48,050 nucleotides of DNA. It comes from a virus (lineage: Duplodnaviria; Caudoviricetes). Positions within the stretch are counted from its first letter, which is position 1. Every line of letters begins with the position of its first letter. The notes below the pieces were generated by a model that saw nothing but the letters and a program-made list of their open reading frames with translations, was not told where the DNA came from and did not search any database. A program made the position numbers and the translations under genes. Positions 7,578 to 15,440 of the stretch are shown here, in pieces. The DNA is taken from positions 1 through 48,050 of IMG/VR virus record IMGVR_UViG_3300045110_000198; one strand, given 5' to 3'.

Positions 7578-8471
7578 GCCCTCCGGGTTCACGCTCGGGG
7601 CGCCCTGGACCATCTTCCGCTCGGTGGGCGCGATCTGGTAGCTCAACAGCTGCCGGGCGCCCGCCTGCTGCGCCAGCCTGTACGCGCGCCCCATGCGCGC
7701 CGCGCGCGCCTGGTCGGAGAGCTTGCCCCCGCGGAAGTAGCCCATCTCCGTGAGGTACAGGGGAGCAGACTGCCCCTGCGCGGTCTGGAGCTTGCCCTGG
7801 CGCTTGTAGCGGGCCAACGTCGCCTGCAGGTCCGGCAGGTTCTCGATGTCCCACGCGTTACGGTTCGCGGCCGGCGCGTCCGTGACGCTCTTGTCATACG
7901 GGTGATAGGCGAGCCCCGCGGTCTTCAGCGGCTTGCCGCCGAGTACGCCCTTCAGGAAGTCGCGGGCGTTCGTCGCGCCCACGAGCTCGCCCATCAGCAC
8001 CTGAGCGGTCGGATCCGCGGCCTTCACGCCCGCGTAGCCGCCGCGGTAGACGTTGCGGTACGCCTTGCCGCCCGCCAGCGCGCCCGCAGCGTTCGGGGCG
8101 AAGAACCCCTCCAGGTTCATCTCGTTGCCGATCGAGTAGCGCCCGACGCGGCCCTTGAAGTGCTTGGCGACCTCGCTGGCGAACGCCTGCCACTGCCGCG
8201 GATCGTTGTGCGCGGCGTTCAGCGTCTGGTCGCCCGTCGGCATGTAGCTCGGGGTCCCCATCAGCGTCATCTGCGGATGGATCCCCGCGGCGCGCAGCGC
8301 GTTGACCTCCTGGTCGATCTTGCCGTAGCCCTCGTTCTTCACGCGGCCGTAGATCACGTTGATCCGGGCGTCCTTCGCGCCCGCCGCCTTCATCGCAGCG
8401 ATCAGCGCGTTCGCGTTCGGGCCCTGCAGCGCCGTGTCGTCCTGGAACGCGAGCGACGGCTTCCGTGCCAT
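7437..8471 (-). CDS. Clan GH-A glycoside hydrolase (GH5/GH39-like TIM barrel)
   Basis: YSIGNEMN (acid/base), AYHPY, LYLTEMGY (nucleophile). Confidence 0.75.
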   Translation of the reverse strand: MARKPSLAFQDDTALQGPNANALIAAMKAAGAKDARINVIYGRVKNEGYGKIDQEVNALRAAGIHPQMTLMGTPSYMPTGDQTLNAAHNDPRQWQAFASEVAKHFKGRVGRYSIGNEMNLEGFFAPNAAGALAGGKAYRNVYRGGYAGVKAADPTAQVLMGELVGATNARDFLKGVLGGKPLKTAGLAYHPYDKSVTDAPAANRNAWDIENLPDLQATLARYKRQGKLQTAQGQSAPLYLTEMGYFRGGKLSDQARAARMGRAYRLAQQAGARQLLSYQIAPTERKMVQGAPSVNPEGGLVPGAVTQDPGWVWDTALAPQSLAEAIRRQSARPTARAARVRPRR

Positions 8472-8477
8472 GCGGCT

Positions 8478-8804
8478 CTACTCCAGCGTGTACTCGAGCC
8501 AGCCGGCGACCGCCGTGGCCGCGGACAGGTTCACGTTCAGCGCCTGCCCCGCAGCCGTCTCGAACAGGAAGTCTTCGCGGGCAGCCTGCTGGCCGAGACT
8601 CACGGGGATCCCGACCGCGAGCGGCAGCGGGACCACTCCGTGCAGGTCCGTGGAACCGCTCTGGAACTTCACGTTGTTCGCGGTCGCCACGCCGTTCCAC
8701 ATCTGCACGGAGTGCACGCGGATCTTCTTGTTCCCGGGGGTCGTGACCGCGGCGACGACAGCCGTGGCGCCCGCTGCTGAGGCGACGATCGGTGCGACCG
8801 CCAT
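8478..8804 (-). CDS. Small beta-rich protein, probably virion-associated
   Basis: TGATG overlap; Ala/Val/Thr-rich. Confidence 0.65.
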   Translation of the reverse strand: MAVAPIVASAAGATAVVAAVTTPGNKKIRVHSVQMWNGVATANNVKFQSGSTDLHGVVPLPLAVGIPVSLGQQAAREDFLFETAAGQALNVNLSAATAVAGWLEYTLE

Positions 8805-9307
8805 CAGCTTGTCCCCGCCGCGTTGCGGCGCTGCGCGAGCTTCGCCTGCCACTTGAAGCCGCCGTGGCCCTCGAGCGCCGTGCCGACGTTCGTGGCGGTC
8901 GCAGCCTGCGAGAGCGTCAGCGTCGCGCCGCTGATCGACTTGATGAACACCCCGGGTGGGATGCCGATGCCGGTGATCCGCTGCCCGACGCGCCACGTGC
9001 CCGTGGTGGCCGCAGCGTTCGCGATCGTCAGGGCGGCGTTCGTCACGTCCCCCGTCCCGACCGTGCGGCCCGTGTCCTGCGTCGACAGGCGAGCGCGCAC
9101 CGTGCGGGCCGCGCCCGCCTGCTGCAGCACGTACGGCGTGTCGTTCGCGAGCGTGATGTGCGTCGCGGTGCCCGCAGCGTCAGCGGCGACCGTCTCGATC
9201 GCCGCGCCTGCCGCCTGAGCGTCACCGCGCGACGCGGCCAGAGACAGGCCGCCGTACGCCGAGACGTTCGCGCCAGGGGTCCAGCCTCGAGTGATGAGTG
9301 AAGCCAT
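8804..9307 (-). CDS. Probable virion structural or decoration protein
   Basis: VGQRITGIGIPPGVFIKSISGATLTLSQAATAT beta-barrel motif typical of phage structural proteins; leaderless late promoter. Confidence 0.65.
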   Translation of the reverse strand: MASLITRGWTPGANVSAYGGLSLAASRGDAQAAGAAIETVAADAAGTATHITLANDTPYVLQQAGAARTVRARLSTQDTGRTVGTGDVTNAALTIANAAATTGTWRVGQRITGIGIPPGVFIKSISGATLTLSQAATATNVGTALEGHGGFKWQAKLAQRRNAAGTS

Positions 9308-9313
9308 GCGGGA

Positions 9314-9334
9314 AGTGTCGCGGGCGGGCAGGAC
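9314..9334 (-). promoter_or_regulatory. Late-type promoter motif GTCCT-N10-GACACT, leaderless
   Basis: 6 nt to ATG 9307. Confidence 0.6.
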
Positions 9335-9400
9335 GGTCCACTACCGTGACAATGAGAACCGCCGGCGCGGACCTCGCCTCCCTACGCATCGGCACGGCTA

Positions 9401-9451
9401 GGGCCCGCCCGGGGCGCACCCTCACACCAGCAGCGCTCCCGGGCGGGGCCA
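9401..9451 (-). terminator. GC-rich hairpin ending the recombination operon
   Basis: cccgcccggggcgc ... gcgctcccgggcggg inverted repeat downstream of the stop at 9457; no U tract. Confidence 0.45.
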
Positions 9452-9456
9452 GCCTT

Positions 9457-9633
9457 TCAGGTCAGCGGCTCGAGGAGTACGCGGTGCCCCTCAGCGCACA
9501 CCATGTACGCCGGACCGGGCACCCACTCGTCGCCCGTGAGCTTCGTCCAGCGCATCTCCGTGCGCTGCACCGGACTGCCGCAGACATGGCACGGAGGTGA
9601 CGCCAGCGCGATCATCTCCGCGCGGTCCATCAT
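9457..9633 (-). CDS. Small zinc-ribbon protein (58 aa)
   Basis: CHVCG ... CAEGH; ATGA overlap. Confidence 0.6.
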   Translation of the reverse strand: MMDRAEMIALASPPCHVCGSPVQRTEMRWTKLTGDEWVPGPAYMVCAEGHRVLLEPLT

Positions 9634-9950
9634 GCCAGCAGGTTCGCCCGCTGCTTCACGCTGTGCGAGCCGCCCGGCGTGCGCGCGAACCGCACATCCG
9701 CCGAGACGTCCGTCAGGTCCGTGCTCAAGCGCGCCAGCCCCGGGCAGCGGCCATGCCACGCGTCGCTGCACGCCCGCTCCAGGAACTGCACCAGCGTCGG
9801 CTCGCCGTCGTCCTCGAGCGTCAGTTGCCGCTGCCCCATCCCGGCGCCACGGGGCGGATACCGCCGCAGAGCCGCCGACCACGCGGGAGCGAACTCCCAG
9901 TCGTGGTCCTTGCAGTCCCGAAGGAACGCCACCACATCCGACTGCCACAT
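9630..9950 (-). CDS. Hypothetical protein (106 aa)
   Basis: RBS aggag; typical codon usage. Confidence 0.7.
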   Translation of the reverse strand: MWQSDVVAFLRDCKDHDWEFAPAWSAALRRYPPRGAGMGQRQLTLEDDGEPTLVQFLERACSDAWHGRCPGLARLSTDLTDVSADVRFARTPGGSHSVKQRANLLA

Positions 9951-10047
9951 CGTGATCTCCTGTCCTGGCGGGCACCCTCACGTACCCGTTGCGGCCTTAT
10001 ACCCACGTTGGATTGGAACGTAGCGCGGCAGCGCATCTTGCGCTGGT

Positions 10048-10653
10048 TTAGCCCGTCTTCCTCCATGCATCGCGATCCGGCGGCTCCTTCAACCGCCGCG
10101 TCAACACGTCAGGAGCGAACGTCCCGGGCTCCAGACGACGCGTCACCACCGGCGCCGGACGGGCGCGGCCCTCCCTCGCGCACGACCCGGGCGCCGGCAG
10201 CAGGAAGTTCTCCGGGGAGCCGAACCGCTGCACCGCGCCCAAGTGGTAGGCGAGCTTGCGGTTGCGGTCCTCCACATCGAAGTACGGCAGCCAGCGGTCC
10301 AGCGCCCAGATCAGCCAGCGCCTCGAGCCCTCCTGCACCGCGATGTTCGGCAGCGGGCGGAACTTGTAGGCGCGCTGCAGCTGCTTCGGGCCCTCCACGC
10401 GCGCCCATAGGATCGTGGCGCCGGTCTGGCCGCGGCCGCGCGTGCGCTCCGGCAGGCCCAGCAGCACCTCGTCAGACCAGAGCTCGTCCGCGCGACTCAC
10501 GAGCGTGACGAGCGCACCGCCGTCGTGGCAGTGATGCCAGCAGGACCGCGTCTCGCCGTCCCTGCGGCGCTCCACGGGAAGCCACGGGTCCTTCCACCCC
10601 AGGAGCATGTCGATGGCCCGCAGCGCGGGCTGGAACGGCACCAGGCGGCTCAT
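10048..10653 (-). CDS. Degenerate RepB-primase/AEP-like protein
   Basis: ILWARVE...FRPLPNIAVQEGSRRWLIWAL...NRKLAYHLGA...LLPAPGS follows the RepB primase scaffold but lacks the DxD and His residues. Confidence 0.5.
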   Translation of the reverse strand: MSRLVPFQPALRAIDMLLGWKDPWLPVERRRDGETRSCWHHCHDGGALVTLVSRADELWSDEVLLGLPERTRGRGQTGATILWARVEGPKQLQRAYKFRPLPNIAVQEGSRRWLIWALDRWLPYFDVEDRNRKLAYHLGAVQRFGSPENFLLPAPGSCAREGRARPAPVVTRRLEPGTFAPDVLTRRLKEPPDRDAWRKTG

Positions 10654-10940
10654 GCTGCGCCGCCCAGCACCGCCTGCGCCTCCGTGCGCCGGCGCTCCGT
10701 CGCGCGGTAGACGTCGTGCGCCTCCGCAATCGCAGCCTCAGTGGCGGCCTCGAGCGCCCGCAACTGCTCGCCCATCTCCCGCAGCTGCGCCAACGGCACC
10801 GCGACGTCGCCCGTCAGCCACGGCCCCGCGGCGCGCATCGTCTCCGCGTACACCAGCATGAGATCCACCAGCCGCTGCGGCAGGTCGCCGAGAACGAGGG
10901 TCGGGGGAACCTGCGCCCCCGGCCCGAGCTCGTCCGCCAC
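10650..10940 (-). CDS. Hypothetical coiled-coil protein
   Basis: Coupled to neighbours. Confidence 0.6.
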   Translation of the reverse strand: MADELGPGAQVPPTLVLGDLPQRLVDLMLVYAETMRAAGPWLTGDVAVPLAQLREMGEQLRALEAATEAAIAEAHDVYRATERRRTEAQAVLGGAA

Positions 10941-11363
10941 CTACTCGTGCGAGATCCGCAGGTCCACGATCTCCGCCACGTGCTTCTGCTCCGCGGAGAC
11001 CACGATGCCCGTCTTCGGGTCCGACTTGTCGCGCTGCCCCACCTCGCGGACCACCGCCGTGCCGGAGAAGTGGATCACCTCGCCTTTCGACAGCGCCTTG
11101 CCGTCCACCAACAGGATCTTCCCGCCGCTCAGGCGGATGCTCGCCGACGTCGCGCGCTTGCCGCCCATGTCGAACGCGGACAGCTGCGTCGTGCCGTCCA
11201 CCCGGATCTCCTCCGGGTACGTCTCCACGATGTCGCCGCCGTCCTTTTGGCGGATCTCCCCGCCGTACAGGTCCCGCTGACCGGGCACCACGCCCGGCAC
11301 GTCCCCTGGCTCCGTGCCCAACACCTCATGCGCAGCGTCGATCGCTTCGCGTGTTCCTGCCAT
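10941..11363 (-). CDS. Hypothetical protein (140 aa)
   Basis: RBS gagggg; strong codon bias. Confidence 0.7.
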   Translation of the reverse strand: MAGTREAIDAAHEVLGTEPGDVPGVVPGQRDLYGGEIRQKDGGDIVETYPEEIRVDGTTQLSAFDMGGKRATSASIRLSGGKILLVDGKALSKGEVIHFSGTAVVREVGQRDKSDPKTGIVVSAEQKHVAEIVDLRISHE

Positions 11364-11422
11364 ATGCGTCGTCCCCCTCACGGGATTTGGTGATTTCGGG
11401 GCCTAGCGGACCCCCGGTGCAT

Positions 11423-11839
11423 CTAAGACTTCGCGTCGGACCGACGGGCCCTTTCGCGGCGCTTCCGCGCCGCGTCACAAGGAAGGCATCGACGGTACGT
11501 TCTGCCACCGGACGGGCGATCGGCTAGCGGCTTGCCGCACCGACGACATGGACCCGTCGGCTTCGGCCGCGGAGGCTGCGTCAGCGCGTGCATACGCCCG
11601 TGATCTGACCGGGCCAGCGCAACCAGATGACGTGGATTGCAGCACAGACGATTTCCGCAGTCGTGATGGATGTCGACTCCTGGAGCAACCTCGCCCACGC
11701 AGAGCTCGTACGCCACGCAGTGCGCGCCCCGCATCCTGCCGCCGAAGTACATCGCGCCGTAGCCGCTTCGCTGCGAGGCCAGCCACGGCCAGCATTCCGA
11801 CTCGTCGCCCACGAGGACCTTCGACCAGAATCGCTCCAT
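11423..11839 (-). CDS. HNH homing-type endonuclease
   Basis: ERFWSKV...CWPW...GYG...AHCVAYEL...HHDCGNRLCCNPRHL. Confidence 0.85.
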   Translation of the reverse strand: MERFWSKVLVGDESECWPWLASQRSGYGAMYFGGRMRGAHCVAYELCVGEVAPGVDIHHDCGNRLCCNPRHLVALARSDHGRMHALTQPPRPKPTGPCRRCGKPLADRPSGGRTYRRCLPCDAARKRRERARRSDAKS

Positions 11840-11917
11840 CTACCAGCGGCCGCGCGTCGCAACCGCCAGGATCACGACGATCAGCAGGATGATGAGCAGC
11901 AGTTCGATGATGCCCAT
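11840..11917 (-). CDS. Tiny membrane peptide (25 aa)
   Basis: MGIIELLLIILLIVVILAVATRGRW; coupled at both ends. Confidence 0.55.
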   Translation of the reverse strand: MGIIELLLIILLIVVILAVATRGRW

Positions 11918-12012
11918 CAGTTCGGGAGCGCACCCAGCGCGATCAGCAGGACCAGGATGAACGTGGCGAGGATCAGCACGAACGTGATGAATCCGCCGTA
12001 CGGCTCAGGCAT
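11917..12012 (-). CDS. Tiny membrane peptide (31 aa)
   Basis: Strong RBS aaggaggag; MPEPYGGFITFVLILATFILVLLIALGALPN. Confidence 0.6.
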   Translation of the reverse strand: MPEPYGGFITFVLILATFILVLLIALGALPN

Positions 12013-12039
12013 GGATCTCCTCCTTCGTATATACGGCGC

Positions 12040-12618
12040 TCACCGCGCCTCCAGTGTCACGAGACGCCTACCCGCCTCAGCGATCCCCAGAGCGTCACTT
12101 TCGTCCCAGCTATGGCCCTCGTAGCCGTTCTGAGCGGCCCACTGCGCCACCCCGTAGTCCAGGAACTCCGGGCGCCGGCCGAGCTTCTTCGACGTCGGCT
12201 TGTAGACGTTCCCGCGGCCCACCGCCAGCTTCTTCCAGGAGGAGGGAGCGATCGTCTCCACGCGCGTGCCGAGACCGGCGCACGCGTCCTGGATCGCCGT
12301 GATCGTCGCGCCGACCGCGTACCAGAGGATCGGGTCCACGGTCTCACCGGACGGCTGCTCCACCAGGATGAACCCGGGCGCGGGCCACGACAGCAGCAGA
12401 TCCTCCATGAACTCCGTCGTGCCCGCGTAGATGTCCGACAGGCGCGCGAGCCCTTCCGTCGCCGGGAACGAATGCGTGCGCACCCGCTGGCCGCACGCGA
12501 TCGCCACCCGCTTCGTGCTCGGGTCGCAGCCCCAGTGAGCGGTCATCCCCGGGCGCGTGATGAGCCGCCGCGCCGGCTCAGGCACGAACGCCTCTTGCTG
12601 CAGAAGGGGCGCGCTCAC
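12040..12618 (-). CDS. RuvC-like Holliday junction resolvase (start may be ATG 12546)
   Basis: GCDPST, ILVEQP, APSSWKK...GRGN, DESDALGIA. Confidence 0.8.
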   Translation of the reverse strand: MSAPLLQQEAFVPEPARRLITRPGMTAHWGCDPSTKRVAIACGQRVRTHSFPATEGLARLSDIYAGTTEFMEDLLLSWPAPGFILVEQPSGETVDPILWYAVGATITAIQDACAGLGTRVETIAPSSWKKLAVGRGNVYKPTSKKLGRRPEFLDYGVAQWAAQNGYEGHSWDESDALGIAEAGRRLVTLEAR

Positions 12619-12874
12619 GCACGGGATAGTCCCGCTCCAGACGGACGGCCGCCCACTCCCCGAGCTCGCTGGCGAACGCCCACACGCTCTTGGGGAGCTC
12701 GTCCCGCCAGATGCGGCGCGCCCACGACTCGTGGTTGAAATGGCACTCGAAGCACATCGGGAGCAGCACACGCGGGTCCGTCAGGCGGTCCCGGCGGCCC
12801 TCCCGGCGCAGCACCTGCCGCGGAATGAGGTGATGCTGATGCACCGCGCGGGCACCGCAGATCGCGCACCTCAC
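12578..12874 (-). CDS. Small HNH nuclease-like protein
   Basis: CAICG...HHLIPR...LPMCFECH. Confidence 0.65.
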   Translation of the reverse strand: MRCAICGARAVHQHHLIPRQVLRREGRRDRLTDPRVLLPMCFECHFNHESWARRIWRDELPKSVWAFASELGEWAAVRLERDYPVRERAPSAARGVRA

Positions 12875-13071
12875 AGGATCGCGTCCTCTACCCACTGCGG
12901 ACGCGGGTCCATCCCCAGCGCGGTCGCCAGCAGGTCCGGGTCGCCGCAGATCTCCAGCAGCTTCTCCAGGCTCTTGTCCGAGACGTACTTGCCGCCGTAG
13001 CCCTGCTCGAGCATCCGTGCGCGCGCCTCGCGGACCGTCGACAGCGCGATCATCTCATCGACCTTCTTCAT
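12871..13071 (-). CDS. Hypothetical protein (66 aa)
   Basis: ATGA and GTGA overlaps. Confidence 0.6.
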   Translation of the reverse strand: MKKVDEMIALSTVREARARMLEQGYGGKYVSDKSLEKLLEICGDPDLLATALGMDPRPQWVEDAIL

Positions 13072-13439
13072 GGTGCGTTCACCATCCCGCGCGCCTCGGA
13101 CAGCCTGCGACGAACGGTCGGGTAGCTCTCCAGCACGATGTAAAGGCGCTCCCACGCCGCCGGAGACAGGCCGCCCAGGGACTTCGACGGGCTGACATTC
13201 GCGGCCCGCAGGATCTTCTCCGCCTTCACGCGGCCGATCACCGGCATGTGCCGCAGCGCGTCCTGGATCTTCATGGAGCGCAGCAACGGGTCGTGCGGCC
13301 CGTGCGACAGGAACGTGTCGTACGGCATCCGGCCCGCCTGCACCTCCTTCTTCATGCGTGCGCGGTACGTGCGCACGAGGTTCGCGTACTCCAGCGCGGA
13401 CATGCGCTGCTCACGCGATATGTCCAGTCCTGCCATCAC
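13068..13439 (-). CDS. mihF: Actinobacterial integration host factor (mIHF/sIHF) homologue
   Basis: EQRMSALEYANLVR..RARMKKEVQAG...MKIQDALRHMPVIGRVKAEKIL...VSPSKSLGGLS aligns by eye with the mIHF H2TH family. Confidence 0.85.
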   Translation of the reverse strand: MMAGLDISREQRMSALEYANLVRTYRARMKKEVQAGRMPYDTFLSHGPHDPLLRSMKIQDALRHMPVIGRVKAEKILRAANVSPSKSLGGLSPAAWERLYIVLESYPTVRRRLSEARGMVNAP

Positions 13440-13482
13440 GCCCTCCCTGTCCAGCCCGCGCCCTCACGCGCGGGCGATCTAC

Positions 13483-13749
13483 TCAGCCGCCAGCCTCACG
13501 CGCCAGCGATTGCATCTCGGCCAGCCATTCCGGCAGCGTCATTCCCTCTGGACGCCCAACTGCAAGCCGCACCAAGCGGCGCTCCGCGCTTTCGTCGTCG
13601 GGCACGTCCTCCACGAACAGGAGATAGCCGCGCTCGCCCTTCCAACTCGTCACAGGCACCGACCCCATGCAGGCACACGGAACCGAGGAGCCGGGGCCAT
13701 TGACCATCTCCCGCATCTCGCACGCACACGGCCGGTGTGGTTCGCTCAT
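13483..13749 (-). CDS. Hypothetical protein (88 aa)
   Basis: ATGA overlap with the recombinase stop. Confidence 0.55.
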   Translation of the reverse strand: MSEPHRPCACEMREMVNGPGSSVPCACMGSVPVTSWKGERGYLLFVEDVPDDESAERRLVRLAVGRPEGMTLPEWLAEMQSLAREAGG

Positions 13750-14735
13750 CCCGCCGTGGCCTCCAGCCGCGCCAGGCCCGCTTCGACGTCCGGGTGCCCG
13801 TACCTGCGACGCACCAGCGACGGGTCCACCGTGCCGTCCGCCTTCACGTGGCCCAACTGCAGCGCCACGTCGAGATCCGACGCGCCCTGATCCAGCAGCC
13901 ACGACGCATGGAAGTGCCGCAGCGAATGAAACGTCACGTCCTCCACCAGCGCCGCCGCACAGATCATCCGCATCGCCTCCGCCACCGTGAACCGCGTCCA
14001 GCGCTCGCCGTCCAGCGCTCGCCATACAAGACCCACCTCGGGGGCGTGGGCTGCGAACGCCGCTCGGGCCGCAGGGAAGACCGCGACCGTCCTCTCCCGC
14101 GGGTCAGCCTCCCCGGCCCGTCGCTTCCCGCGAACGCGAAGTCGCCGACCATCCGAATGCATGTCGCCCGTCTGGACATCAGCCACCTCCGACAGTCGCA
14201 GTCCCGTATACGCCGTGAAGACCATCATGTCCGCGAAGCGGTCGTCATACCGCCCGCGCGCCGTGGCGACCAGCACCTCGAGCTCCTGCGCGGACGGGGC
14301 GCGACGCGGACGCCGGCGCACCGTCGTCTCCACCGCCTCCCACACGTTGCGCTCCACGATCCCCGCACGCTTCGCCTTGCCGAACATCATGCGCAGGTAG
14401 CGGACCTGCGACGGATGCGCCACCGCCCACGTCTGCGCCTCCAGCTGCGTAATGTCAGCGACGCGGCGACGCGCGTGCGCCCGCAGGAACGGCCGTAGCA
14501 TCTGCGTGTAGTGCGCCTCCGACTGCGGGTTGCGGCGCCCCGGGAACACGAGGAGCCAGCGAGCGCCCCACTCCTCCACCGTCATCGCCGCGGGCAGAGC
14601 GCCCTGGCCGGCCCGTACGACCGCCTCCTGCGCCTCCTCGCGGGTTCGGTACGTGCCGAGCCACACCGCTTTGCCGCCGACGTACGCGCGGGCCGCGAAC
14701 GAGCCCTCCGAACGCTTGTAGACACGGCTTGGCAT
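13746..14735 (-). CDS. int: Tyrosine recombinase/integrase with N-terminal AP2-like arm-binding domain
   Basis: TGLRLSE, RGK, FHSLRH, LGH, RRYGH catalytic set; VWLGTYRTREEA N-terminus. Confidence 0.9.
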   Translation of the reverse strand: MPSRVYKRSEGSFAARAYVGGKAVWLGTYRTREEAQEAVVRAGQGALPAAMTVEEWGARWLLVFPGRRNPQSEAHYTQMLRPFLRAHARRRVADITQLEAQTWAVAHPSQVRYLRMMFGKAKRAGIVERNVWEAVETTVRRRPRRAPSAQELEVLVATARGRYDDRFADMMVFTAYTGLRLSEVADVQTGDMHSDGRRLRVRGKRRAGEADPRERTVAVFPAARAAFAAHAPEVGLVWRALDGERWTRFTVAEAMRMICAAALVEDVTFHSLRHFHASWLLDQGASDLDVALQLGHVKADGTVDPSLVRRRYGHPDVEAGLARLEATAG

Positions 14736-14914
14736 CAGAAGTCGTCCGCCTTGTGGTCGCGCAGGTCCAGCAGTGCCTGCGACAGATGCACCAGCGCACC
14801 CGCCACCGTCGGCGGGACGCCCGGAGGCGCCGCCGATCGCGCGGTCGTACCCAGCATCTCAGCGTCCTGGCGGGCGAACCATGCCACCGTCGCCCATGCG
14901 TTCTGCTCAGGCAT
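14735..14914 (-). CDS. Hypothetical protein (59 aa)
   Basis: TGATG overlaps at both ends. Confidence 0.55.
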   Translation of the reverse strand: MPEQNAWATVAWFARQDAEMLGTTARSAAPPGVPPTVAGALVHLSQALLDLRDHKADDF

Positions 14915-15195
14915 CAGTCCATCCACTCCCCGTCGCACCCGCAGAGTGTGCAGGTCGACTGCTTCGGCCGGCGCCGGAACGGCGGGCCCTCGAGCGCCGT
15001 CAGCCACACGTGGTCGTTCTCGCACTGCATGCGGTACAGGCCGTGCTGCCCGTCGATCCAGGTGGCGGCCCTGCGCTCCGGCTGCGACGAGTCGATCAGC
15101 ATCACCATCGTCTTCCCGGACGCGTGCGCGTCGCGGACCGCAGCGCCGAGCTCCGTGTCGTCGTGGTCGTGGACGTCGATGCGGGCAACCGTCAT
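14914..15195 (-). CDS. Hypothetical protein with C-terminal zinc ribbon
   Basis: CENDH...CTLCG. Confidence 0.6.
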   Translation of the reverse strand: MTVARIDVHDHDDTELGAAVRDAHASGKTMVMLIDSSQPERRAATWIDGQHGLYRMQCENDHVWLTALEGPPFRRRPKQSTCTLCGCDGEWMD

Positions 15196-15440
15196 CCGAC
15201 CTTCAGCCGCGGGGGCTGCTCCTCCGCCGTCACGTACAGCACCTCGGACGACGGGCCGTCCAGTACGCGCACAGCGATGCGCGCGCCGACGGCCGGGATG
15301 TGCTGCGCCTCCTCCAGCGCCTTCTCGATGATCGTCTTCCGCTTCGTGCGCTGCGGCACCTCCACGGTCGCCAGATCGTTCCAGTGCTCACCGTCCTGCC
15401 GTTGCACCACGTACGTCGACATCGCCCCGTTCTCAGACAT
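15192..15440 (-). CDS. Hypothetical protein (82 aa)
   Basis: RBS ggag; coupled. Confidence 0.65.
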   Translation of the reverse strand: MSENGAMSTYVVQRQDGEHWNDLATVEVPQRTKRKTIIEKALEEAQHIPAVGARIAVRVLDGPSSEVLYVTAEEQPPRLKVG

